DNA of 64,000 bases from Armatimonadota bacterium (GTDB lineage: Bacteria; Armatimonadota; UBA5829; DTLH01): positions 28,089 to 92,088 of the forward strand of contig JBDKUN010000003.1 of assembly GCA_039679675.1 (NCBI GenBank), given 5' to 3'. Shown in pieces: positions 1 to 9,845 of this stretch. The translations under genes and the position numbers were made by a program. Numbering within the stretch: the stretch's first letter is position 1; each line of letters begins with the position of its first letter. The notes beneath the pieces were generated by a model. That model saw nothing but the letters and a program-made list of their open reading frames with translations, had not been told where the DNA came from and searched no databases.

Positions 1-1813
1 CGTTGCCATTTTTGCGGACAGCCCCGGCACCTGCCAGGACAGCCTCTTTAGCTTTCTTTTTCTGAGGCGCTGGAACACCAGTATATGCCGAAGGTTTGCC
101 AGTATGCTTGGCTGAACCAGCTACGCTGTTGCTGATTTTGTAGCTTGCAACCATGCTTTGCATCTCCTCCGCCTGGCTCGACAGCTCCTCTGCGGCACTT
201 GCCGACTCTTCGGAGTTGGCTGCGTTCTGCTGGGTGATCTGGTCCATCTGGTTTACCGCCACATTGACCTGTTCGATCCCCTGGCTCTGCTGGTCCGATG
301 CCGCTGCTATCTCGGACATCACTTCACTGACCTTGTTGACCTGCTCATTGATTTCTTCGAGGTTTCTCATGACCTCTGTATTGATCGTTACGCCGCCTTC
401 CGCGTTTCTGACTGATTCTTCGATCAGGTTAGCGGTGTTCTTCGCGGCTTCAGCACTTCTCATAGCGAGGTTTCTAACCTCTTCCGCGACGACCGCAAAC
501 CCCTTACCGGCATCTCCCGCTCTTGCAGCCTCTACGGCAGCGTTAAGAGCAAGCAGGTTCGTCTGGAATGCGATCTCGTCTATAGTCTTGACGATCTTGG
601 CTGTCTCATCGGACGACAGCTTGATCTTGTCTATGGCTTCAGACAGCCTGTTCATACTGTCTACGCCCCTGTCGGCAGTAGCGCGCGCTGCTTCGGTAAG
701 GCTTCTAGCCTCTTTGGCATTGGCTGCGTTCTGCTTCGTCATGGAAGCCATTTCCTGCAGGCTGCTTGAGATCTCCTCAAGTGAGCTTGCCTGTTCGGAT
801 GCTCCCTGTGCCAGAGTCTGGCTTCCGGCGCTGATCTGGTTGGATGCCGATGCCACCTGTTCCGCGCCGACAGCGACCTGCTGGAACCCATCATCGAGGT
901 TCTGGATCAGGTTGTTAATGCTGTTCTTCATTGCTGCGTAAGCGCCCTGATAGTCGCGTTTGACTCGCGCGGTCAGGTCCTTGCCTGCGGCAGCCTGAAG
1001 CGCTGCGCCGCCGTCTTCTTCGATCAATCCTCGCAATATGCCGATGAACTTTCTGAAGCAGTCGGCCAGTATTCCTGTTTCATCACGCGATGTATGGTCG
1101 ATTTTCTGGTTTATATCGCCGTCCGCGATCTGCACCGCCGCATCGGATATCTTCTTCAGCGGCTCTACGATCATCTTGGCAATTACCACGGCAATGAACA
1201 GCCCCATAACAACGCCGATTACCAGTACCACGATGACCGCCATTCGTGAAGACGAATAAAGACTGCCAGCTTTCGCACTTGCGCTTTCCCCGCCTTTAAC
1301 GCTTGCTGCAATGAGCTCTTTGGACTTGGATGTCAGTTCCTTGTAGACATTCATCATGTCTACACGCATCATGTCCCTGGCTTCGCTTTTCTTTTCCTGT
1401 TGAGACAGCTTCAGCATTTTGTCATGGAGCGCCAGATATTCAGTTATCAAATCGTTCATCTCTTTATAGAGCTCTTTTTCCTGTTCGGATGACATGAGAG
1501 GCTCATATTTCTTCTCATTTTCTTTGAGTGCTGCCAACCCCTCATCCATGGCCTTCTCATATCCGAGCATATCCTCTTTCTTTTCGGAAAGGATATGCGC
1601 AAGCTCTTGGCGCCGGTAGCCGGATATTTCCGTACCGACTGCAGAAACATACTGCACTCTGGGCATCCAGCTCTTGGCGATTTCCCTGGTGGAATCGTTC
1701 AAAACGGCCAGTTTTGATATGGAAAAAATACCGAGAAAGAGCATAGCTCCGATCAAGATCAGGAATCCTGTCAGAAGCTTCGTCCTGATCTTCAAATCGT
1801 AAAACCACTTCAT
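1..1813 (-). CDS. Methyl-accepting chemotaxis protein (3' end runs off window)
   Basis: Not in the ORF track because it has no stop in the window. Manual translation from ATG 1813 (SD AAGGAGG) gives [16 protein letters not shown], a 4-helix sensor, TM2, HAMP and the signalling hairpin [37 protein letters not shown]. Confidence 0.95.
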   Translation of the reverse strand, partial: MKWFYDLKIRTKLLTGFLILIGAMLFLGIFSISKLAVLNDSTREIAKSWMPRVQYVSAVGTEISGYRRQELAHILSEKKEDMLGYEKAMDEGLAALKENEKKYEPLMSSEQEKELYKEMNDLITEYLALHDKMLKLSQQEKKSEARDMMRVDMMNVYKELTSKSKELIAASVKGGESASAKAGSLYSSSRMAVIVVLVIGVVMGLFIAVVIAKMIVEPLKKISDAAVQIADGDINQKIDHTSRDETGILADCFRKFIGILRGLIEEDGGAALQAAAGKDLTARVKRDYQGAYAAMKNSINNLIQNLDDGFQQVAVGAEQVASASNQISAGSQTLAQGASEQASSLEEISSSLQEMASMTKQNAANAKEARSLTEAARATADRGVDSMNRLSEAIDKIKLSSDETAKIVKTIDEIAFQTNLLALNAAVEAARAGDAGKGFAVVAEEVRNLAMRSAEAAKNTANLIEESVRNAEGGVTINTEVMRNLEEINEQVNKVSEVMSEIAAASDQQSQGIEQVNVAVNQMDQITQQNAANSEESASAAEELSSQAEEMQSMVASYKISNSVAGSAKHTGKPSAYTGVPAPQKKKAKEAVLAGAGAVRKNGN

Positions 1814-1990
1814 TTGTAATCAGCCTCCTTGTGACACCAATGCAACCAACCCCTGTATCGTCCAAATGTATGACCGATACGGGTTTCAGCGGAAGCATTT
1901 AGTTAAGCCATTCCCGCTCCATCCTGTGAACGAGACACCCCATGGCTTTAATTAAAGTGTTTCCGAATCTCTATCGGGAAGATACTTCCA

Positions 1991-2551
1991 TCATGCAGCC
2001 ATTTGCATGGCTTCGGGCCAGGCCGAGCCTGCGTTGGCCGCGGAATCGATGAGCGCCACTTCCTGCATCGTAAGGACTCTATCAATATCGAGCAGGAGCT
2101 TGACTCTGCCTTCGGACTTGCCGATACCGAGGATATAGTCCGAATTTACATCGGTCCCGAAGGACGGCGCGTCCTCTATGTCCGAATCTGCTATATCGAG
2201 GACTTCAGATACCTTGTCCACGATCACTCCGATCTCCAGTCCGCCGGCTTGCACTACTATGATGCAGGTCTCGTCCGTTTGATCGGTCGAGTCCATCGCC
2301 AGCTTCAGCCTGAGGTCTATTATAGGGATCACCTTACCTCTCAGATTGATGACTCCTTTGATAAAACCCGGCGTACGAGGCACGGATGTGATCGGCATCA
2401 TACCGATTATTTCGTGCACTTTCAATATTTCGAGCCCGTACTCTTCCCCGGCTAGAAAGAAGGTGAGAAATTTTCCACCCCTGTCTTCGGGGAGCATTTC
2501 ATCTGCCGGACTTCTCGATTTAGTCGCGGCAGTCGTGGGTTCACCACTCAT
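1991..2551 (-). CDS. cheW: Chemotaxis coupling protein CheW
   Basis: KFLTFFLAGEEYGLEI...VPRTPGFIKGVINLRGKVIPIIDL. Start moved to ATG 2551, which follows a GGAGG SD. Confidence 0.95.
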   Translation of the reverse strand: MSGEPTTAATKSRSPADEMLPEDRGGKFLTFFLAGEEYGLEILKVHEIIGMMPITSVPRTPGFIKGVINLRGKVIPIIDLRLKLAMDSTDQTDETCIIVVQAGGLEIGVIVDKVSEVLDIADSDIEDAPSFGTDVNSDYILGIGKSEGRVKLLLDIDRVLTMQEVALIDSAANAGSAWPEAMQMAA

Positions 2552-2662
2552 TTGCTTTCCTCCTCTTGTTTTTTCGCCGACAGAGAACAAATTCTTCTGT
2601 CTGTCGGGTGGATTCGCGGCACATCTGTGCCGCAGCTTTGCTCTTGGCGCAGTCCGCCCCAT

Positions 2663-2686
2663 GGGAGGCCTCAAAAGAGGCCTCCC
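2663..2686. other. Perfect GC-rich hairpin between porin and cheW (mRNA stability or attenuating stem)
   Basis: GGGAGGCCTC-AAAA-GAGGCCTCCC; no U-tract on the minus strand. Confidence 0.5.
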
Positions 2687-2717
2687 CGGACTACAACCAT
2701 GGGACTTTGTGAGTTTT

Positions 2718-3881
2718 CTAGAATCCGGCCTGGAACTGGACCATAAGCCGGTCATTTGCTACCTGAGTGCTTTCCTCTCGCCTTCGCTCATAGTTCAACT
2801 GCCATTTGGAACAACCTTTATCATCCATGAACCAGTTGAACCCGGCGGTCAGTGTTTTCAGTATATCGTTACCGGCGTCTGTGTTCGGATTGTACCAGTC
2901 ATAGCGGGCAGCGAACTGAAGGCCGCTCTTGGTCAACTGCCTGAGAAGTGTTACGTACCATCCATTCTTATGGAGAGTCCCGTCTCTTCCGGTTATGTAC
3001 TCGCCTTTAAGCGTCAACGGAGCATCTTTATACACGGCTTCATAGCCGGTGCGGATGAAATCGATCTTGTTCGGGCCTGTCGCGCCGTCATAATATGAAC
3101 CGCCGAACGCGAATTTGCTTAATGGGTTAAAGACCAGATGGATATCGGGGTCTTTTCTGTCATTAGTGTCATCAGTGTCTACACCTGAGCCGTTCAGAAG
3201 TGCCAATGTATATAAGCTGGTGAGCTTACCGCTTCGAGCATGGGTGCCTCCATACAACTGGACGCCCTGGTCATATCCTATGGCATTGGGATCTCTCCCT
3301 GGCACCATCTCGTCGATCACTGTCGGACGGTTGATGAAGTCCAGGTTCCAGGCTGCGGTGGTATTCTCCAAACCGAATGGGACGCCGAACTGCCCGATAG
3401 AGAGTTTGTTCGATCCGTTCAGTTTATAACCGACTACCGCGCTCAAGAGCACCGGCTTGCTTACTCTGGTTGTTGTTGTACCTGGAGTGACAAAGTCGAT
3501 TGCGGAGACGACTGTTCTGGAACCCGCCAGGTCAGTCTGAATGAAGAAGTCCAGTTTATCAGTCGGGTTACCGGACAGGATCAAGCGAGCTCTTTTTGTC
3601 TCCAGCGAGTCATTGAAGCCCTGCTGGTTGGAGTGGGTATACCTCTCCTGCACAAAACCGCTCAGTTTTATCTCCTGCTTGCCGGTAACAGGAACAGCTG
3701 CAGACGGTTTAGCCTGCTTATCGAGCTCCTGCTGTGCCTTTGCAACATCAGCCTCCGTTATGAGGCCCTTATCCACAAGTGCCTTGACAACAGCATCCGT
3801 GGAGCCTGGTGTCTCGGCAAAAGCGCCGGACAGAGCCAGACAAAAAACAATTACAAGAACAAATAGTGCAATTCGTCTCAT
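2718..3881 (-). CDS. Outer-membrane porin, phosphate-selective OprO/OprP-like family
   Basis: Signal peptide, amphipathic beta strands, KRARLILSG, IGQFGVPFGLE, ARYD, and a C-terminal Phe (QFQAGF). Confidence 0.75.
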   Translation of the reverse strand: MRRIALFVLVIVFCLALSGAFAETPGSTDAVVKALVDKGLITEADVAKAQQELDKQAKPSAAVPVTGKQEIKLSGFVQERYTHSNQQGFNDSLETKRARLILSGNPTDKLDFFIQTDLAGSRTVVSAIDFVTPGTTTTRVSKPVLLSAVVGYKLNGSNKLSIGQFGVPFGLENTTAAWNLDFINRPTVIDEMVPGRDPNAIGYDQGVQLYGGTHARSGKLTSLYTLALLNGSGVDTDDTNDRKDPDIHLVFNPLSKFAFGGSYYDGATGPNKIDFIRTGYEAVYKDAPLTLKGEYITGRDGTLHKNGWYVTLLRQLTKSGLQFAARYDWYNPNTDAGNDILKTLTAGFNWFMDDKGCSKWQLNYERRREESTQVANDRLMVQFQAGF

Positions 3882-3926
3882 TTTACTACAACTACTACTC
3901 CTTTCGAGACTTTTGCATGCGGCCGT

Positions 3927-6524
3927 TTAGGCGGCCTTTTTGCATACTGCTTCGTTTCCGCCAGATGTGGTTTGTCTGGCCAATGCGGTTATTTCTGATG
4001 AGTCCAGGATCAGTCCCACACGCCCATCTCCGAGGATTGCTCCGCCGGAGATACCGGGGATTGTGCCTATTCCTTCCCCAAGTGATTTCGCCACTACATG
4101 CTGCTGTCCCAGCAGCTCATCTACAAGAAGAGCACATCTTCTTTCGCCGTCATCGAGGATCATTAAGAGACCTTTGATCGGGTCTTCGATAGCGCCCTTG
4201 ATGTGGAACAGGCGGTGCAGCCGGAATATCGGCATCAACTCGCCTCGGAGCATCACCATCTCTCCCCGGCCGGTCACTGTGGTCAGCGCTTCACGGTCAG
4301 GCTGGAAGCTCTTATGGATATTCAGAGTTGGAACTATAAACCGCTCTTCTCCGACTCTGACCAGCATTCCATCCGTTACGGCAAGTGTCAGCGGCAGGCG
4401 CATAATAAATGTGCACCCGTTGCCGAGTTCGGATACTATTTCAATGCGGCCTCTGATGACCTCGACGTTCTTTTTGACGACATCGAGCCCCACTCCCCTG
4501 CCTGATATATCCGTTACCTTGTCGGCAGTGGAGAAACCGGGTTCGAAGATGAGATTGAATACTTCACCGTCGGACATTCCCTTGTCGGAGTCGATAAGCC
4601 CTTTTGCAACAGCTTTCTCTACGATCTTCGACCTGTCGAGCCCCTTACCATCGTCCTGCATCTCGACTACGACGTTTCCGCCGGAGTGATAAGCCATAAG
4701 CCGCACTTTTCCCGTCCTTGACTTGCCGATGGATTCCCGAACATCCGGGGCTTCGACCCCATGGTCTACTGCGTTTCGCACCATGTGAACGAGCGGATCG
4801 TTGATAATGTCAACCATGTTGCGGTCGATCTCTGTGTCGTCGCCGTCAGTGGTGAACTCAACGATTTTGCCGCTCTTCTTTGCGACATCGCGCACCAGCC
4901 GGGCCATTTTTTGGAATGTAGCTTTGAGCGGTACCATCCGCATCGACATGCTTAAGTACTGCAGATCGCGGACGATCTTTCCCATGTGGGTGACCTTCTT
5001 CGACAGCTCATGATGGCCTTCCAGTATAACTGTTTCGTCCTGGGCGACCATCGATTGGGCGATTACCAGCTCGCCCACCATATCTATCAGCCTGTCCAGG
5101 CGGTCAGTGCGCACTCTGACCGATGATTCTACCGATGACTCGGATGATGCTATCTTTTGCTGAGTTCTAAGAGCTTTTGCCACTTCTGTTACGGATGCGC
5201 TTTCCGACCTTACCACTGCCTCGCCAATAGGTCTCGCGCCCTGACTGGCTGCAGCACACTCGACATCTTTACGATCAGTCACTCCTTCAGCGACGAGGAT
5301 ATCTCCCAGTCTGGGTACAGCGGTTGCTTCGGACTCGCCTGAGACACCGTTTGCTTCGGGGTTGGTCAGGAATTCGATCAACTGATCATATTCCTCTGGG
5401 ACGGGCATAGGCTCGCCACCGAGCGCATCCTGAACTCCCTGAAGCAAGTCCTTCAGCATATCTATCGATTTGAGCGACAGGTCGGCGTAGCCGCCCGTGC
5501 AGCTTATCTCGTGATCTCTCACACGGCTTAAAAGCGATTCAGCCTTATGGGCGAGTTCGGATATGCGATCAAGCCCAAGAAATGCGGATGTGCCTTTGAT
5601 AGTGTGGAATGCCCTGAAAACGGTATTGACCGCTTCCGAATCTTCGGGGTCCGTTTCTATGGTAAGGAGCGCAGCTTCGGCTCCGGTAATGTATTCGCGG
5701 CATTCGGTTATAAACTCGCCAATGAGGTCCGGGTCCGAATCGGGCGGCAGCATTTCAGCTTGTGCAGCACTTACGGAAGGAGCGGCAGCCGTTGAAACTT
5801 CGGACGTAGGCTTGGGTGCTGGTACCGGCTCTGATTTTGGGCTCGGTTGAGAGCTGGATTGAGCTGAAACGACAAGTGCCGGATCTTCTATCAGAGACAT
5901 AGCAGACTCGATAAGAGAACCGGTATTTTCCAACGCTTCAGCAGGGTCTGTGTCTCCGCCCTCAGCGATAGCATCAAGGAGATATACTGCCTCCGACAGC
6001 TTCTCTTTGACAGAATCATTGTAGGAACCATCTGCTATAATTACTTTGAGCGCATCTGCAACTGCTGACGCGCCATCGGAGTCTGACGGATCAAGCTGTA
6101 TGAGAGAAGCCGCCACATCATCCAGTGATAAATCAGTTGATGGTTTGGGAATTTCCTGGGACACATCATCGGCCTGCCTGCCGAGTTGGGTCAGCATCAC
6201 GCTTAGAGCTGTATTTACTGCAGAATCTTCTTCGGGACCGGCTTCGTTCGCGAGATAGTTCAGGACCGACGTAACCCCCTGCGCGATGGCAGCAAAGAGC
6301 GCATCGGGATCGGTATGGCTACCTTCATAAAGAACCTGCAGGCCTTCAAGCCCCAGTGTGAGGAGTTCTCTCAGACGGGACATATCCTCTGGAATCTCCG
6401 AAATGGCCTGTTCCATTACCGCGCCGACGCGGACTATCCCCTCCTGGTTCGATCTATCAAGCCCCGCAATATCGGCGGCAATCCTCCTGAATTTTTGGAC
6501 AATCCCTTCGTCGACAATACTCAT
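3927..6524 (-). CDS. cheA: Chemotaxis histidine kinase CheA with extended N-terminus and MshEN-like insert
   Basis: Hpt (FRAFHTIKG), dimerisation domain VRVRTDRLDRLIDMVGELVI, HATPase (HMVRNAVDHG, DDGKG, GFST, GRGVGLDVV) and C-terminal CheW domain. Confidence 0.96.
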   Translation of the reverse strand: MSIVDEGIVQKFRRIAADIAGLDRSNQEGIVRVGAVMEQAISEIPEDMSRLRELLTLGLEGLQVLYEGSHTDPDALFAAIAQGVTSVLNYLANEAGPEEDSAVNTALSVMLTQLGRQADDVSQEIPKPSTDLSLDDVAASLIQLDPSDSDGASAVADALKVIIADGSYNDSVKEKLSEAVYLLDAIAEGGDTDPAEALENTGSLIESAMSLIEDPALVVSAQSSSQPSPKSEPVPAPKPTSEVSTAAAPSVSAAQAEMLPPDSDPDLIGEFITECREYITGAEAALLTIETDPEDSEAVNTVFRAFHTIKGTSAFLGLDRISELAHKAESLLSRVRDHEISCTGGYADLSLKSIDMLKDLLQGVQDALGGEPMPVPEEYDQLIEFLTNPEANGVSGESEATAVPRLGDILVAEGVTDRKDVECAAASQGARPIGEAVVRSESASVTEVAKALRTQQKIASSESSVESSVRVRTDRLDRLIDMVGELVIAQSMVAQDETVILEGHHELSKKVTHMGKIVRDLQYLSMSMRMVPLKATFQKMARLVRDVAKKSGKIVEFTTDGDDTEIDRNMVDIINDPLVHMVRNAVDHGVEAPDVRESIGKSRTGKVRLMAYHSGGNVVVEMQDDGKGLDRSKIVEKAVAKGLIDSDKGMSDGEVFNLIFEPGFSTADKVTDISGRGVGLDVVKKNVEVIRGRIEIVSELGNGCTFIMRLPLTLAVTDGMLVRVGEERFIVPTLNIHKSFQPDREALTTVTGRGEMVMLRGELMPIFRLHRLFHIKGAIEDPIKGLLMILDDGERRCALLVDELLGQQHVVAKSLGEGIGTIPGISGGAILGDGRVGLILDSSEITALARQTTSGGNEAVCKKAA

Positions 6525-6528
6525 AGCC

Positions 6529-7041
6529 TTACTCTCCAGACTTTCTCATATGGCTGGGCGCGCCTGCGGTTATTCTCACAGAGAACTGCCCCAAAGATGA
6601 ATCATAGAAATGCCGTACACTGGGTGTCCCTTCAGGCAGTAGAAGGTCTATATCCTTGCCGCGAAGCACCGTAGGAAGCGACAGCGCCGCTTTGATTCCG
6701 AGCGCGTCCAATCTCGCCGATATATCACCGGCGAGTATGTTCGCCAGTTCTCCGACTACATCGCCCATGTCCGCACTCTCGAATGGAACCTCGAAGCCGA
6801 CGAACCCGACCGCAATAGCCGTGGCTGTATCGCGAGGTAAACACACCATAAGCGACCATGAAACATCGCCTATGAGGGAGATTATCCCTGTAATCCCTTC
6901 ACTCGGCAGCTCAGTCCCGTCACTATCTCGACTGGACAACTCTGTGCCCAGCATCATTTCAAAATTTGCTAAAACAGACTGCCTGACACACTCTGAAAGC
7001 TCATCTGGTATCTGTTGCGTATTTGTCTGTAAATCTGTCAT
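6529..7041 (-). CDS. cheX: Chemotaxis phosphatase CheX
   Basis: ITGIISLIG...DVVGELANILAG (ExxN motif)...LSLPTVLRG. Confidence 0.88.
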   Translation of the reverse strand: MTDLQTNTQQIPDELSECVRQSVLANFEMMLGTELSSRDSDGTELPSEGITGIISLIGDVSWSLMVCLPRDTATAIAVGFVGFEVPFESADMGDVVGELANILAGDISARLDALGIKAALSLPTVLRGKDIDLLLPEGTPSVRHFYDSSLGQFSVRITAGAPSHMRKSGE

Positions 7042-7107
7042 AAATCACTCCATCAGGCTCTAGTTAAATTAATATAATTGATTTTTCTTTCAGACCGGCT
7101 TAATCTG

Positions 7108-7548
7108 TTAGCTTCCCATCAGTTTGCCGAAGAATCCCTTTCCTTGTTTCGAACCGCCTTTTGCTTCGAGTTCATTTACGATAGGGCTGATTTTCTTCTG
7201 CATGTACTCGATGGTGAACGGTTTGGCTATGTAAGCATTAGCGCCTGCATGGTCCAGCGCTTCTTCGACCTTGCCCATCGTTTTTTCGCTGGTCACCATT
7301 ATGATCGGGACTTCGCAGTTCTTGTGGGTAGTGCGGATTTTGCGGACAAAGTCTATGCCGCTCATTTTGGGCATATTCCAGTCCACGAAGACAATATCTG
7401 TGGCTTTCGGGTTGAATTTAGAGACCCCGTCGGCACCGTCTTCGGCCTCCGAAAACTCGAAGTCCGCTAACTGTGTCCGGCGGAGAGACTCCATTACCAT
7501 GTTGCGCATTACTCTTGAGTCATCAATGACGAGCGCTCGTAATTTCAT
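7108..7548 (-). CDS. cheY: CheY-like single-domain response regulator
   Basis: LVIDDS, VDWNMPKMSG, MVTSE, KPF; first gene of the che operon. Confidence 0.88.
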   Translation of the reverse strand: MKLRALVIDDSRVMRNMVMESLRRTQLADFEFSEAEDGADGVSKFNPKATDIVFVDWNMPKMSGIDFVRKIRTTHKNCEVPIIMVTSEKTMGKVEEALDHAGANAYIAKPFTIEYMQKKISPIVNELEAKGGSKQGKGFFGKLMGS

Positions 7549-7899
7549 AAGGCGATCCTCCGTGATTTCACCATGTTATATGAGCTACGAGTAAAACTAG
7601 ACGGATTGGTGCATGAGCCGCGGAGAGGGGAGGTTCGGGTTGCGCGGCATCCATTCAGCCAACCCGGTATTTCTACCGTGTTAACATTTTGGGAATGTCG
7701 GATGAGGTTCTTTGTCGTGAAACCGGCTGATTTTAGGGGTGATTGTAATGGTGAATTTCCAGTAACCCCCATTTGCGGGTTAACTGGTGCCTGCCGGTAT
7801 CATGGAGAGTCAATATAAGAGGCGTGGCAAGACGCAGCCAAGCGTACTTGCCGTAATGCAGTCGCTCTTCCCCGAAGATCTCCGGCAGTTGCCGGAAAT

Positions 7900-8532
7900 C
7901 TACAGGTCACGGCGGGAAGATATACCAAGGCGCTCGTATATTCTGCGCACGTGGGTCTTCACTGTATTGATGCTTACGCAAGTAGCTTCTGCGATTTCCC
8001 TGTAGGTCAACCCCTGTGAGATGAGCCCTGCAATCTCTGTCTCTCTCTTCGACAGCTTGCCGGAGTAGTTTGTATCGGCCATTTCGGTAGAACGCAGCGC
8101 GGTGGCGAACTGCTGGAATATCGACATGGACAGAGCAGGGTAAAAGACGTACTCGCCCGAACATACTGTCCTTATGGCATCCAGCAACTGCTCACTCGAG
8201 CTGCTTTTTATGACATAGCCCGCTACACCTGCGCGCATTGCCTGGATGATTGTTTCCTCGTTCCTGCAGGCGGTAAGGAAGACAATTGCAATGCCGGGAT
8301 AACTTGTTTTGAGTGACTGCGCCAGCTCGATGCCTGACCCGTCAGGCATCAGTACATCGATAGTTATTACATCAGGACATGTTTTCTCGATCTTTTCGAT
8401 CGCTTCAGCTATTGTCCCAGCTGTACCAACGACTTCCATGTCTTTTTGGGCTGAGAGCATGTGCTCCAACATCTCGCGGAACATCTGGTGGTCATCCACA
8501 AGCAGGAGCCTCTTCGTGTTCTTCATTCCCAT
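7900..8532 (-). CDS. NarL/LuxR-family DNA-binding response regulator
   Basis: REC domain (LVDDH...DVLMPD) plus LuxR HTH (LSKRETEI...EIAEATCVSINTVKTHVRRIYERL). Confidence 0.93.
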   Translation of the reverse strand: MGMKNTKRLLLVDDHQMFREMLEHMLSAQKDMEVVGTAGTIAEAIEKIEKTCPDVITIDVLMPDGSGIELAQSLKTSYPGIAIVFLTACRNEETIIQAMRAGVAGYVIKSSSSEQLLDAIRTVCSGEYVFYPALSMSIFQQFATALRSTEMADTNYSGKLSKRETEIAGLISQGLTYREIAEATCVSINTVKTHVRRIYERLGISSRRDL

Positions 8533-8808
8533 TTTGCAAACCTACCCGCTTAATTTTGTAAATGAAGATACCCGAGTAGCCAGACCATGTTTCACCATGG
8601 AGGGGATATCCATACCCCCCGCTCGGTACATGTTACTTCGCCACGTTTGGGTTAATCTTCCTTGTTATAAAGTTACGGTTTTGTAAATTGTTATCATTAT
8701 CGCCATCTATCATGATTTGAAGGGTGAGTAGTTATCACCTTACTAGGCATCATTGTCACCCTATAGGCTACATGTAGGCGTAATAAAGGTGACATGAAGG
8801 CAGGCATT

Positions 8809-8838
8809 TTGACATCCAATCAGTCCGCGCGCTATACT
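8809..8838 (+). promoter_or_regulatory. sigma70-type promoter
   Basis: TTGACA-18-TATACT upstream of 8869. Confidence 0.65.
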
Positions 8839-8868
8839 CGCAGAAAATAATCAGCCTGAGGAGAGAAG

Positions 8869-9747
8869 ATGAAACCGTTTATCGAGTCGATCCGTGAGGG
8901 TCGGATACTGATATTCGATGGAGCCATGGGCACTCAGCTCGAAGAACGAGGTGTACACCCCGGCCCGGAGGCGAATTTAAAATCACCCGAAATAGTAATA
9001 GACGTTCACAAGGCGTACATAGACGCCGGAGCCGACGTGCTGATTACGAACACACTTACGGCAAACCGGATCGCACTGGAACGGTCGGGCGAGTCAGGTA
9101 AAATCGCCGAATACAACACCGCCGGTGTGGAAATCTGCCGGAAAGCTGCTGGAGACAGGGCTTATGTAGCCGGAGACATCAGTTCCACGGGCCAGTTTAT
9201 GGAGCCTTACGGCGACTATACCGAAGATCAGTTCCATGAGGTCTTCTCTGAACAGGCGAAGATTCTTGAGGGTGCAGGCGCCGACCTTATCATCATAGAG
9301 ACTATGACAGCCCTGAACGAAACCATCGTCGCCGTGAAAGCCTGCAAGTCCGCGACATCTCTTCCGGTGATTGCCTCCATGTCGTTCGATCCCGGAGCTG
9401 CCGGACCGAGGACCATGATGGGAAACGATGTCGAGTCATTCGTCAAGAAAATAGACGAAGCCGGAGCGGACATAATCGGAACGAACTGCGGCGGTATGAC
9501 CCCTGAACAGATGGCCGAAGTAATCGCCACTATGCGAGGGGTTACAAATAAACCGATAATCGCCGAACCGAACGCAGGCGTCCCAGAGCTGATCGACGGG
9601 CAAGCGCAATTCAACTTGGGCCCGGACGGATTTGCCGAGGGAGCCATAAAATGCGTAAAATCAGGAGCGCAGTTGATCGGCGGCTGCTGCGGAACAAGCC
9701 CGGCGCATATAGCGGCGTTGAAGAAAGCGATTATGGATTGCAAGTGA
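8869..9747 (+). CDS. Homocysteine S-methyltransferase family protein (stand-alone MetH N-terminal domain)
   Basis: FDGAMGT, GTNC, PNAG, and Zn ligands in GGCCGT. Confidence 0.92.
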   Translation: MKPFIESIREGRILIFDGAMGTQLEERGVHPGPEANLKSPEIVIDVHKAYIDAGADVLITNTLTANRIALERSGESGKIAEYNTAGVEICRKAAGDRAYVAGDISSTGQFMEPYGDYTEDQFHEVFSEQAKILEGAGADLIIIETMTALNETIVAVKACKSATSLPVIASMSFDPGAAGPRTMMGNDVESFVKKIDEAGADIIGTNCGGMTPEQMAEVIATMRGVTNKPIIAEPNAGVPELIDGQAQFNLGPDGFAEGAIKCVKSGAQLIGGCCGTSPAHIAALKKAIMDCK

Positions 9748-9793
9748 TAAGTCGTAATCCTTTGTTGCTATCGGACTAAAACTATATCCTATG

Positions 9794-9822
9794 AAAAGGG
9801 CAACTGGCCAGTTGCCCTTTTT
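9794..9822. terminator. Bidirectional intrinsic terminator
   Basis: Perfect palindrome AAAAGGGCAACTGG|CCAGTTGCCCTTTT between convergent genes. Confidence 0.85.
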
Positions 9823-9845
9823 ATTAAATACTATAAAAGATATTC

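Noticed and set aside
153..941. 262-aa plus-strand ORF, and many similar antisense ORFs across the window (e.g. 3940-4689, 59137-59859, 62410-63387)
   Set aside because: Shadow frames opposite well-recognised genes; no motifs or RBS.
7549..7899. NarL-type operator or sRNA upstream of cheY
   Set aside because: Only short imperfect inverted repeats (e.g. TAACCC-N8-GGGTTA), not distinguishable from chance.
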